Positions 41,247 through 50,198 of a stretch of DNA of 56,925 bases are shown piece after piece. The notes beneath the pieces were generated by a model. It had not been told where the DNA came from and searched no databases. It saw only the letters and a list, made by a program, of their open reading frames with translations. The position numbers were made by a program, and so were the translations under genes. Every line of letters begins with the position of its first letter. Position 1 is the stretch's first letter. Origin of the DNA: Aureliella sp. (GTDB lineage Bacteria; Planctomycetota; Planctomycetia; Pirellulales; Pirellulaceae); NCBI GenBank assembly GCA_051960375.1, contig JBQCEI010000648.1, forward strand, positions 1 to 56,925, in the 5' to 3' direction.

Positions 41247-42322
41247 TACTCGTCTCCGCGAGTTCGAAGAAAGCGAGCCTCTTTCGGAATGCCGCCGTCG
41301 GACAACTCTCGGTAAGTGAACGTGATCTTCTGGCCGATGTCGAACGTCGTAGCGATGCAACCGCCCGGCACGTCATTGCCTCCGACCAGCGCGCCGCTCG
41401 TCGCCGAGAACTGACGGTCAGCGTCGGTCAGCCCGGTGCCGATCTCCAGCCGCTTGCCCTTGTAGTCGAGCACCAAGGCGCCAATGCGACCGTCGTGCTT
41501 ACCCTTGCCGGCAGTGAAGCCAACCAGCGTGCCTTCGTCGTCGTGTGAAGGCTTCATCTTCAGCAGCGTCTTCACCCGCTTGACGTTGTAGGTCGCTTCA
41601 CCGCTACGAATGATTGCTCCCTCGGCCCCGCCTCTGACCCAGCGTTCGAGCAGGTCGTCGGCCACGTTGACCGCTTTCTGCTGGTCATCGGGCAGCAGGT
41701 ACTGCCTGTGGACCTGGGCGACGAGGCAACCATCGAGTGCCTCTTCCAGCGCGGTTAGCTCGTTGACGAACTTCGTGTCATCCTGCAGAAAGCGATAGCC
41801 AGGCGGGCAACGTTCTTGCACGTTGTGCAGCAGCCACTGCAACGCGTCCTCGCCAATCTCGCGGTACATCTGCGCTGACTTGATCAGGCCGGGGCGAGTG
41901 ATGGTCGCCATAGGCGGGCAGCCATAGACCATGTACGCGATCTTGTCCCATCGCGGGTCGGGCTCATCGCCGGCGACGATCGATCGGCACAGCTGGAAGT
42001 TGCCGCGACCTGCCCATGCTTCGCCATCCAGCGGACACGAAGGCAGTGCGTCGAGGAACCAATCCGGGGCAATGATCGGGTTTCCGTAGCGGGACCACAG
42101 ACCGGTCGATATTGGCTTGATCTTGTCTTTCAGCTCCATCGTCTTTGGGTTGTAGTTGCCGGCCCAAGGCACCTCCTTTGTCGGCAGCCCTCGCGACACG
42201 CCGCCATCCCAGAACATGCGTGTGCCGTCAAGTTTCTCGGATATGTACCAGCCGGCGATCGCATGCTTTGCCGGGTCGTATACTTCAGCCAGCTGAACCA
42301 GTTCTCGGCGTTGGATGCTCAT
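41246..42322 (-). CDS. ATP-dependent DNA ligase
   Basis: SEKLDGTR, LDGEAW, EGAIIR, LLKMKP, OB-fold IGTGLTD. Confidence 0.93.
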   Translation of the reverse strand: MSIQRRELVQLAEVYDPAKHAIAGWYISEKLDGTRMFWDGGVSRGLPTKEVPWAGNYNPKTMELKDKIKPISTGLWSRYGNPIIAPDWFLDALPSCPLDGEAWAGRGNFQLCRSIVAGDEPDPRWDKIAYMVYGCPPMATITRPGLIKSAQMYREIGEDALQWLLHNVQERCPPGYRFLQDDTKFVNELTALEEALDGCLVAQVHRQYLLPDDQQKAVNVADDLLERWVRGGAEGAIIRSGEATYNVKRVKTLLKMKPSHDDEGTLVGFTAGKGKHDGRIGALVLDYKGKRLEIGTGLTDADRQFSATSGALVGGNDVPGGCIATTFDIGQKITFTYRELSDGGIPKEARFLRTRGDE

Positions 42323-42460
42323 GTTGCCTTCTTGTGATGAACGGTAGGTGCTTCTCTTTGCAGATCGCCGTCTTGCTCGGCTTGCCGTCGCGAATCATCA
42401 CGGCGATGTTGTGTGTGCGAAGGCTGACTGGTAATTCGCTCGTGATTCGGTCCAGCGTGG

Positions 42461-43042
42461 TCATGCCCGATCAGCACCTCGCTCGTTGAACCGCTCCTCG
42501 ATACGCCACCGCATGCGTTGCACCGTGGTGATGCTGCAGCCCAGGCAGCGGGCGATTGACTGGTCGACGTGGCCGTTGGCGCGCATCTCTACCAGCGTTC
42601 GCTCTTGGTCAGTCATGCAGACAGACAAGAAGCCTTGCATCAAGTCATCGAGGTCTGATGGCTCGGCAGCAGGGACATCGACCATGTCGAATGGTGTCTG
42701 CTTGACCTTCTGCAACTCGTACTTCAATGCTTTCCGCTTCTTCAACGGGAAGCGTATTGCTTGCTCGTTCTCGACTAGCGTCAGGAAGGCATTGCGGATC
42801 GACGTGGTCAGGTAGCCGTCCAGACTCTCGACAGTCGTGCCGTCTTGGTTGGACTGGATGAATCGAAGCGCAGTGACAACAGCCAGCACACCCTCGGAGA
42901 CGAGGTCGTCTTTCAGGTGCGCGCTGGAAGGGTTCCGCGCGACGAACGTCCTAGCCAATGACCGGACCTGGTCGCCGTGGATGGAACAAAGCTTCTCAAA
43001 TGCTGTCTCATCGCCTGCCAGCAGGGAATCGAACAGCTTCAC
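42461..43042 (-). CDS. Phage-encoded sigma-70-family factor
   Basis: AGDETAFEKL, region 2 DDLVSEGVLA...YLTTSIRNA, IRFP, region 4 MTDQER...IARCLGCSITTVQR; GTG overlaps upstream stop. Confidence 0.85.
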   Translation of the reverse strand: MKLFDSLLAGDETAFEKLCSIHGDQVRSLARTFVARNPSSAHLKDDLVSEGVLAVVTALRFIQSNQDGTTVESLDGYLTTSIRNAFLTLVENEQAIRFPLKKRKALKYELQKVKQTPFDMVDVPAAEPSDLDDLMQGFLSVCMTDQERTLVEMRANGHVDQSIARCLGCSITTVQRMRWRIEERFNERGADRA

Positions 43043-43542
43043 TTCAGCACCCACACTTCCTTCGGATAGAACCGACGATCGCATGCTTCCTCGATCGTGA
43101 AGTGATATGGCGGGACGCCGTCAGGGTCGTAGACCACACCATTCTCGAAAGCGACTGCGTGTCCCCAGCCGTGTCGCGTCGTGCCGGTGATGACGCCCTT
43201 GTTCGTGCGGATGATCGCGTGGAACAGATTCCATCGTTCGTCCAGCCGGTTTCGGACCAAGTGAACGATGCCGCCGACGCTCGACGCCGGCATGATCTGC
43301 AGCGGGTAGAACGCCTTGTTGCGATCGAGGGCGACATGCTGAAACTCATGGACGTGGAAGCCGACGCGGCTCAGCAAAGCATTTTCAGAGTCGTATGGAT
43401 TGGCGGGCGCCATGGGCGGTACGACCATCGCACTCCCGTCATGGCCGAGCTCGGCGGTGAGTGCTTCGGGTGTTTCATCGAGCACCATCGCCATCGAGTA
43501 CAGCAGGCACTCCCATCGGTTCTTTTTGGTTAGGTGCTTCAT
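43039..43542 (-). CDS. Papain-fold (C39-like) cysteine peptidase-like protein
   Basis: WECLLYSMAMVL, GHAVAF, VYDP give Cys-His-Asp in order. Confidence 0.55.
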   Translation of the reverse strand: MKHLTKKNRWECLLYSMAMVLDETPEALTAELGHDGSAMVVPPMAPANPYDSENALLSRVGFHVHEFQHVALDRNKAFYPLQIMPASSVGGIVHLVRNRLDERWNLFHAIIRTNKGVITGTTRHGWGHAVAFENGVVYDPDGVPPYHFTIEEACDRRFYPKEVWVLK

Positions 43543-43576
43543 GTCGTTACCAGTGAGGGAGGAGTCGTCTCACTAA

Positions 43577-43608
43577 GTAACCACCGCTCAACACCCAAAG
43601 TGGCCTAG
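43577..43608 (-). promoter_or_regulatory. Phage 32-bp motif, copy 2
   Basis: CTAGGCCACTTTGGGTGTTGAGCGGTGGTTAC. Confidence 0.85.
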
Positions 43609-43612
43609 CTTT

Positions 43613-44002
43613 CTATTCAGAAACTTCGGGCTCATCGAGCTCGCGCAGGAGGTCGTCGATCGTCGGCAGAGCGCCATAAGAAGGCTTCCAGTAATCACGC
43701 CAGTTCGGAGCCCTGAAGAGCTTCGCGTATTCAATGTCGCTCGCATCGACCAAGATCCAGATGCCTACGCCGTGCTTCTCCCAGATCGGAAACTTGACCT
43801 TCTGGCTGCGAGTGAACTGGTAACCGATTGGCCGCTTACACTCGACCCAGCGATAGCCGTACCTGACGTGATGACAGAACAGGTCAGGGATGCCGTGCTG
43901 GAACTTGCTGCCGTGCGTGATCTCGACCAACCACTCGCGCAGCGTCAGATACTCGACCAGATCCGTGCGGATCTTGATCTCCAGGGGGTTGCCTTGTGCC
44001 AT
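43613..44002 (-). CDS. VRR-NUC-like nuclease / Holliday junction resolvase
   Basis: E..I...L, GIPDL, WVECK, Q motif. Confidence 0.8.
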   Translation of the reverse strand: MAQGNPLEIKIRTDLVEYLTLREWLVEITHGSKFQHGIPDLFCHHVRYGYRWVECKRPIGYQFTRSQKVKFPIWEKHGVGIWILVDASDIEYAKLFRAPNWRDYWKPSYGALPTIDDLLRELDEPEVSE

Positions 44003-44012
44003 GGTCTCACTC

Positions 44013-44046
44013 AATAGAAACAGCCCAGGATTGACTCCTGGGCTGT
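44013..44046 (-). terminator. Putative intrinsic terminator downstream of the polymerase
   Basis: ACAGCCCAGGA-GTCAA-TCCTGGGCTGT followed by TTCTATT. Confidence 0.6.
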
Positions 44047-44187
44047 GAATGGTTTCGGGTTGTAGGATGCGGACTAGGAGGGAGACTCAGCACGCCCTAC
44101 GGCGAATGCCATAACCCTGATGCGCTGCCGCGATGTTCTCCAGCTTCGGCAACAACAGCTACCATCGCGTCTCGATCGGTTGAGTGC

Positions 44188-46578
44188 TCACTCGACGTTC
44201 TCCAGTTCGTAGTCGAAGTCTTCGCTGTCGGTCAGCTCTTGCTCAGCGAGGGCCAACATTGCGTCAACGTCAGGGGCAACTTTGATCTGGCGGCCAACGC
44301 CCTCTTTCTTCTCTGCCCAATTCTGCATGTGCGTTTGCCACTTGATGCCGATCAGTGGCACGAGTGGTCGGTACGATCCAACAGCTTTAGCGACGACCTC
44401 GCCGACACGGTCGACGTAGTCAGGGTGCGTAACGCTGAGCACTTCGTCATGCACGTTCAACGGCGCAACGACGAACGGGTTCACGCCATGAGGTTGGATG
44501 TCCCAGATCTTGCGTTGCATTGACTTACAGATCGTTGCACCGAGGGACTGGATCTCGTGGTTGCACGCCGCGCGGATGTTGGCGTTCTGGATCGCAAAGC
44601 TGGCACCGAACAGTGCGGACTGCACAGCACCGCCCGCCGTTTGGACTCTCTCGCGACGCACAACTTTGATCTTCTCGTTCCGCCATTCCTTGGGTGGACT
44701 AGTGGCCAGATCATAGAGAGCTCGGCAGACCATGTACTCCAGCGAGAAGTAGCGGCGGAAGTCGAGCTTCGTCGTTACGTAGTCATCTGGCTGCTTCCAC
44801 ATGAAGCCGCGGCCGCTCGGGTTGTCGACAATCGCCGAAAACTGCTCGGTGATACGCTTGATAGCCCGCCCGATGCCGGGGAACATCTTGTGCCAAGCGA
44901 TAACCGCCTGCTCGGCAACATCCCTCGGGATACCGAGGTTCAAGTGCAAAGTCATCGCGTTGCCGCCATAGATCAGAGCGAACACACCTGACTTCGACTT
45001 GCTGTACATGTCATTGCTCGTACCCTCCGAAGCGAGGATTTCTTCGTAGGTCGTGCCTGGGAACAATGCCGTACCAAACAAGCCGTGAATCTTCTTGCCC
45101 GAGAGCAGCAGCTTGCGAAGGTCAGGATCGTTGTACACAGCGTCAGCCAGAGTGACTTCGTATGAACTAAAGTCACCGCCGGAGAGGATCATCCCGTCCC
45201 ACGCCATGATGAACTTGCTGCGGACTTCCTTGCTATGCTTGATACCCTGTACGTTCAGGCCGCCACCGCCCGACATGCGCGAGGACACAGCGCCGATCAC
45301 GTTCAACTCTGCGTGTAGCTTGCCGGCCAGCAGCACCTTGTCGTACAGCTCGACTTCCTTGGCTGCATACTTCACGTCAAGGATTCGCTGCGCACGATAC
45401 GCTGCCTGCGCGTTGTCATCCTTCCAAGTCTTCGCGATCTCTTCGAGGATTTGCTTGCGTGTCGAGTCCATGATCACGAGCTTCTCGGACTCGTCCATGA
45501 CCTCTTCGAGATACTCGCGGACTTCGACGTGCCGGTTGACGTTCACCGGTGCGTTGTTGACAACAGCTTTCGACTTTCGACGCAGCTCGCGTATACCATC
45601 AAGGTCAACCTCGAAGCCATGCCACCGCACCGCTGCCACCATGCAGGCCAGCTCACTGTCGTCGTCACCCGGCTCCGGACAATCGAAGGCATGCCAAAGT
45701 TTGCGTGTGTATTCGATATCGAGCGTGGCGTAGCAGCGTGCTGGCTCGCAGTTTGCCCAGTGGCGGATGTGCTGGCGCACGAGGTCAGGCCACGTCCTGA
45801 TGACATCGCCTTCTTTCGCCTCGGCGGAGTAGTATTGGCGTGCGTGCCATGCAGTGGGTGCGTAAGGCACTTCGTGCGGTCGGCTATCGCAGGCGATGTC
45901 TGTGAAGTGGAACGGTGGCTTCTCGCCCAGCACATGCTCAGCCAGGTACTTCAAGCCGGCGGCGGGATTGAACTTCAACACCACATCTTTGAAGTGGATA
46001 TCGCCGTCGATGTCATACACACGCCAACGTTCCTTCGCGTCTGCGTAGCGCGCAAAGTAGATGTCAGGGATCTCGATGCGGTTGTCCAGTTCGTCAGCCA
46101 GCACGTAAGCCAGCGGCGTCGGCACCTTCCGGATGCGAATGTCGCCGCGATTCATCAGCGTCTGGTACTTGTTCTTGCGACTCCACAGCATCAGGTCGCA
46201 CGCCGCCCGCGGCTTCCAGCACGGTCCGTTCATCGCGTCGCGCTCGATTGCATCGAGTTCCGAGACTCGGTCCTCGGGGCAGTCGCCAGCCTTGGCCATC
46301 CCTGACTTCAGCAGCGCGTCCAGCATCGTGTACCACTTACAGATCTGGAACGTATCGAACGTCAGGTTGAAGCCTACGAGGTCCCGATCAGCGATCGCCT
46401 CCAGCAGTCGCATGTTGTCTCGGATCGTTCGTCGCCAGAGCTCAATCAGATGGATCTCGCCGTCGTCCACGGCGTATTGCATGAGCACAGGTACGCCGAC
46501 CAGCCCGCATGTTTCCGTATCGAGAAAGTTCTTCTCGCCACCATCGATCTCGTTGATTAGCTCGTCCGTCGAAAACAT
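44188..46578 (-). CDS. Family A DNA polymerase with 3'-5' exonuclease domain
   Basis: Exo DTET, FN..FD, YA..D; motif A DFSSYE, motif B K...F...YG, motif C VHDE. Confidence 0.93.
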   Translation of the reverse strand: MFSTDELINEIDGGEKNFLDTETCGLVGVPVLMQYAVDDGEIHLIELWRRTIRDNMRLLEAIADRDLVGFNLTFDTFQICKWYTMLDALLKSGMAKAGDCPEDRVSELDAIERDAMNGPCWKPRAACDLMLWSRKNKYQTLMNRGDIRIRKVPTPLAYVLADELDNRIEIPDIYFARYADAKERWRVYDIDGDIHFKDVVLKFNPAAGLKYLAEHVLGEKPPFHFTDIACDSRPHEVPYAPTAWHARQYYSAEAKEGDVIRTWPDLVRQHIRHWANCEPARCYATLDIEYTRKLWHAFDCPEPGDDDSELACMVAAVRWHGFEVDLDGIRELRRKSKAVVNNAPVNVNRHVEVREYLEEVMDESEKLVIMDSTRKQILEEIAKTWKDDNAQAAYRAQRILDVKYAAKEVELYDKVLLAGKLHAELNVIGAVSSRMSGGGGLNVQGIKHSKEVRSKFIMAWDGMILSGGDFSSYEVTLADAVYNDPDLRKLLLSGKKIHGLFGTALFPGTTYEEILASEGTSNDMYSKSKSGVFALIYGGNAMTLHLNLGIPRDVAEQAVIAWHKMFPGIGRAIKRITEQFSAIVDNPSGRGFMWKQPDDYVTTKLDFRRYFSLEYMVCRALYDLATSPPKEWRNEKIKVVRRERVQTAGGAVQSALFGASFAIQNANIRAACNHEIQSLGATICKSMQRKIWDIQPHGVNPFVVAPLNVHDEVLSVTHPDYVDRVGEVVAKAVGSYRPLVPLIGIKWQTHMQNWAEKKEGVGRQIKVAPDVDAMLALAEQELTDSEDFDYELENVE

Positions 46579-46600
46579 TGCTTGCCCAGGCGTGGATACG

Positions 46601-46632
46601 AAAAAAACCGGTGGCTACTGAGTAACCACCGG
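46601..46632 (-). terminator. Intrinsic terminator whose 5' arm is the phage motif core
   Basis: CCGGTGGTTAC-TCA-GTAGCCACCGG-TTTTTTT. Confidence 0.8.
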
Positions 46633-46653
46633 TCGAGGGCTGAAATAGCCTGA
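46622..46653 (-). promoter_or_regulatory. Phage 32-bp motif, copy 3 (degenerate upstream half)
   Basis: TCAGGCTATTTCAGCCCTCGACCGGTGGTTAC. Confidence 0.7.
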
Positions 46654-46675
46654 AAATCTTGTGAGAATCTTGGAA

Positions 46676-47425
46676 TTACACGGGCGGACAACACCTTGCA
46701 CTCGTTGCAAAGATCACGACGTGATACTTAACGATGTGCGGGTCAGTCGCGGGGTTCAGCTCAGCTTCCAGCTCTTCGATATGCTGCTCGCAGTCCGAGT
46801 CGCAGTTGGCACAGAAGACAACCGTTCCAGTTGCATCAGTGATCGGAGTGGTGTTGCGGCTCACCGTCAGTTTGCCCTTGCAGTCAACAGTGCCCCCGGC
46901 AGGTGAGTACGAATCAGGTGAACCGAACTGGCCTGGGTTGACAGGTGCAGCAACGATGGCGAACGCCCGGTCGTCGAACGCTTCTTGCAACTGGATGCCG
47001 TCGACAAGCGACTGAGGATCAATCGTCGTGGGCGCCGGCCTGCGGCCGAAGCAGTTGGCAAATATCTCTAGTCCTTGTGTGAAAAGTTCGAAGATGAGAC
47101 CGTTCTCGACGGTCGGGTCTACCCCCTCGGGGCAACCATCGTCCTCCTCGTCATCGCAGTCACACCATGCACTGCCGATCTGGCTGCGGATCTCACTGAG
47201 TATGGTGGCTGACCATACGTTGGGCACCGGGTCGAAGCCGATGCTGGTGCACGTCTCGGCAAGCGCCTGTTGAAGCTGCGTAACGTGGGACCTTCGCCAA
47301 ATGGTGTTCGGTGGGAGTTCGCTGATTGGCGGCAGTGGGTCGCAGTCCGTTTCGGCAGGCGGCGATGCCCTGACGTTGTTGACCTCACTGATCAGCTGGT
47401 TCCACTCTGATCTCTGGAACGCCAT
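46676..47425 (-). CDS. Cys-rich acidic hypothetical protein
   Basis: GGAGGG before ATG; WCDC, CANC, RCC. Confidence 0.7.
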   Translation of the reverse strand: MAFQRSEWNQLISEVNNVRASPPAETDCDPLPPISELPPNTIWRRSHVTQLQQALAETCTSIGFDPVPNVWSATILSEIRSQIGSAWCDCDDEEDDGCPEGVDPTVENGLIFELFTQGLEIFANCFGRRPAPTTIDPQSLVDGIQLQEAFDDRAFAIVAAPVNPGQFGSPDSYSPAGGTVDCKGKLTVSRNTTPITDATGTVVFCANCDSDCEQHIEELEAELNPATDPHIVKYHVVIFATSARCCPPV

Positions 47426-48137
47426 CGTTCCCTCCTGCTCTCGCTATGAGCTCTTCGTCTGTTAGTTGCTTCTCTACCCACAGCAGAACATCGAGGGGCA
47501 GACCTTCGACGCCCATCGACAGGAGCTTGACGGTCATGTCGCGGATCGCTGTTGGTGACCGAGTCGTTGTCTTCGCTATCGGCGTAGCGACCATCTCGCT
47601 CAGCAGCTTGCGAAGCAGGTCCATCCTCGCGCGACTGGTTGTCAGATTGGCCAGCCGCTCCAGATCGCCCTCAGTAATGCGCCCGCTGTCGGCCGCTCGC
47701 TGAATCTCTTCTTCCAGTTGCAGCAACCGCAGCCGACGTTTAACCCACTTGATCGGTCGCTTGAGCTCGTTAGCGATTTTGAATGCAGCATCTTCGTCAC
47801 GATACAGCGATCGGATCGCGACGGCTTCTTCCCAGAGGCTGAGCTCTTTTCGCTCAATGTTCTCGCAGATGTTCACTCGCCGGCAAACCTCCGGGGAGAG
47901 GTCCGACACGCGAGCATAGATATGCGTCCAGTCGATCAGCTTTGCGGCCCGGCAGCGTCTGAAGCCGGCAACCAGCCTGTACCTGGCTCCGTCGCGGACG
48001 ACCAGCACAGGCATCAGTTGACCGTAGTGCTTCAGGGATTCAGCCAGCTCTTCGTATGACAGTGGATAGAACGAGCTTCGGCAGTTCCAATTATCGTCGA
48101 TGATCAGATCAACTAGCGATATTCTCTCCACCAACAT
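47385..48137 (-). CDS. ParB/Spo0J-like protein (intact CTPase motif)
   Basis: LAESLKHYGQLMPVLV, LVAGFRR, ENIERKEL, HTH. Confidence 0.88.
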   Translation of the reverse strand: MLVERISLVDLIIDDNWNCRSSFYPLSYEELAESLKHYGQLMPVLVVRDGARYRLVAGFRRCRAAKLIDWTHIYARVSDLSPEVCRRVNICENIERKELSLWEEAVAIRSLYRDEDAAFKIANELKRPIKWVKRRLRLLQLEEEIQRAADSGRITEGDLERLANLTTSRARMDLLRKLLSEMVATPIAKTTTRSPTAIRDMTVKLLSMGVEGLPLDVLLWVEKQLTDEELIARAGGNDGVPEIRVEPADQ

Positions 48138-48474
48138 TGACCCGGACTCCGATGAGAGCGTACAGCTGCCCCATGTCGACTCGAGCCCAACCTGGCCAAC
48201 GTCGGTTGGCGTAGGTCGCTGGCGTTTCCCAGTGCTCGCGGTTCAGGCGAAGCAGCTCGCCGATACGGCACGTGACGCCGTGCATGCTCTCTTCGTTGGT
48301 GGACCATTCGCCCTCGCAGTAGACTGCGAACTTCTTGTTCTCGTAGACCACTTCGATTGGGCTATTGGGGAACAGCGTTTCCTTGTTCTCACGCAACACG
48401 CGAGGAAGCAGTTCTTCCATCTCATGCGGGTGCAGCTTCGTCTTTGCAGTGATTGATGTTTTCTTCTTTGCCAT
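48109..48474 (-). CDS. Phage hypothetical protein
   Basis: 121-aa ORF on the coding strand. Confidence 0.65.
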   Translation of the reverse strand: MAKKKTSITAKTKLHPHEMEELLPRVLRENKETLFPNSPIEVVYENKKFAVYCEGEWSTNEESMHGVTCRIGELLRLNREHWETPATYANRRWPGWARVDMGQLYALIGVRVNVGGENIAS

Positions 48475-48519
48475 GGTGCTTTATTCGAGATGCCTGGTTC
48501 TCTGCTGCTTGCGTGTTGA

Positions 48520-49803
48520 CTAGGTTTCCACCTTGTATCGCTTCGGGCCGTCGACGTCGTCCTGGCTGCGGAGGTGGACGTGCATTCGCCATGTCACACC
48601 TCGCCTGGGGTTGACTCCGTGAATCAGCTGGCTTGGTTCGCGGTAGCCCGTGAAGCTGTTCAAGGCATAGGCATTTGTGCCAACCCAGGCACCGTTCAAC
48701 AGCGCTTCGCCGTTGAGGTCAGCCAGCGAGCCTTGCACATGGTGGTGCCCGATCGCCGAGTAGCGGATCTTCATACCGCCGGTCAGCTGCGATAGACCTG
48801 CCAGGGCCTTCTGCCGTCGAGTCAGGTTGTAGAACGGAATTCCGTTGTTGCCCTTGATGTCGTCGCCGTGCGACACGTTGAAGCCGACGCCGTCGATCTC
48901 AAGGTTGACACTGAACGAATTGGGGATGACGAACTCGATGTTCTCGATGCCTCGCGTGTGCAGCTGAGCCACCTTGCCGATCATGTAATCCCAGTTGTCG
49001 TGAGCACCGTGGTGGTCTTTCTTCTCCGAGCGTCGGCCGTGATTGCCAGGGACATACACGATCGTGACACGCTCGAAGTTGGGTGCCAGATCGCGGTACA
49101 TCAGTGCGTGTAGCTGACCGATGGCGAAGCAGTTCTTGAACTGGTTGCGATACTCGCTACGGTCGACCGACTTGTGGATCTCACCAGAGGTGTGATCACC
49201 ATAGGCGAGGATCGTCAACTCGCGGAAGTTGTACTTCTCCAAGTGGTTGAGCGTGTGGTCCAGCGTCGTCTCGACGTAGTTCTCAGCGCGGCGACAGCTG
49301 ACTTGGAAGTTGTGATGCTCTAAGCCATTGCACTCGTCAGGGTCGACCACTTCGTCGTGGTGACCATCGCTCAGGTGCATGACCAGATGCTCTGTGATCT
49401 TCTTTGTCGTCGTCGGGTGGTAGACGTTCGTCGGTGCCTTGAGCGGTGCGATCCGTTCTTCCATCTCTTCCACGATCGCGCGGAACAGGCCATTGGTCCG
49501 TCGCTGAGCCTTGTTGACCCGCTTCTGATTGTTCAGCTCCTCCTTGAGCATTAGCACTTCGGTCTCCAGCTCCAACACTCGAGCATCAGTGAGGTCGACC
49601 GGCTTGGGTGGTTCGGCCGCCGCCGCTGCCTCGACGAACTTTACATCAGGTGTCGGCACGTCGTTATGGGCGAGGCCGACCGAGATGTTGTAAACGAGGC
49701 CCCGGCTGATGCCGTAGTCGCGGGCAATCTGAGCCTTAGTCTTTTTACCGAGGGCGAGCTCAGCCTTAATTGCGGCTACAGAAGATTTGGCTAACTTGAT
49801 CAT
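48520..49803 (-). CDS. HTH + coiled coil + calcineurin-like metallophosphoesterase
   Basis: IARDYGISRG HTH; SDGH, GD, GNH, HGD, GHHH. Confidence 0.85.
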   Translation of the reverse strand: MIKLAKSSVAAIKAELALGKKTKAQIARDYGISRGLVYNISVGLAHNDVPTPDVKFVEAAAAAEPPKPVDLTDARVLELETEVLMLKEELNNQKRVNKAQRRTNGLFRAIVEEMEERIAPLKAPTNVYHPTTTKKITEHLVMHLSDGHHDEVVDPDECNGLEHHNFQVSCRRAENYVETTLDHTLNHLEKYNFRELTILAYGDHTSGEIHKSVDRSEYRNQFKNCFAIGQLHALMYRDLAPNFERVTIVYVPGNHGRRSEKKDHHGAHDNWDYMIGKVAQLHTRGIENIEFVIPNSFSVNLEIDGVGFNVSHGDDIKGNNGIPFYNLTRRQKALAGLSQLTGGMKIRYSAIGHHHVQGSLADLNGEALLNGAWVGTNAYALNSFTGYREPSQLIHGVNPRRGVTWRMHVHLRSQDDVDGPKRYKVET

Positions 49804-49854
49804 ATGGCTTTCTTGCTGTCTTTTCTTCGCTGACGTTTGGTTGCTGGCCGCGGT

Positions 49855-50124
49855 CTAGTCGTCTTCGTCGACCTCGTTCCAATCGTGGTCTTCGAAGCCG
49901 CCCTCATCTTCGAAGTCGTCTTCATCCTCGAAGTCATCATCCCAGTCGTCATCGAAGTCTTCGCCGTCGAATTCGTCGGCTTCGAGGTCCCAACCCTCTT
50001 CGTCGTCGAAGTCTTCGTCTTCGAGCTCATCCTCGAGTTCATCGAGCTCCAGGTCGTCGAGGAAATCGTCATCGCGGTCGTAATCGGGATGGCTCATGAT
50101 CAGCTCGTTAAAGGTCTTCGGCAT
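49855..50124 (-). CDS. Extremely acidic small protein
   Basis: 51 of 89 residues D/E; first gene after motif copy 4. Confidence 0.75.
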   Translation of the reverse strand: MPKTFNELIMSHPDYDRDDDFLDDLELDELEDELEDEDFDDEEGWDLEADEFDGEDFDDDWDDDFEDEDDFEDEGGFEDHDWNEVDEDD

Positions 50125-50141
50125 GGTTGGTCTCAGACGGT

Positions 50142-50177
50142 GCGGTGGTTACTCAGTGCTCACTAAGTAACCACCGC
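50142..50177 (-). repeat. Inverted repeat overlapping motif copy 4
   Basis: GCGGTGGTTACT-N12-AGTAACCACCGC with further inner pairing. Confidence 0.85.
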
Positions 50178-50198
50178 TGGTGCCGGCGAGTGGCCTAG
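50167..50198 (-). promoter_or_regulatory. Phage 32-bp motif, copy 4
   Basis: CTAGGCCACTCGCCGGCACCAGCGGTGGTTAC; its TAG is the SNF2 stop codon. Confidence 0.85.

Noticed and set aside
44087-44191. Small ORF with internal TAG suggesting stop-codon reassignment
   Set aside because: Long phage genes are intact in the standard code and several end in TAG
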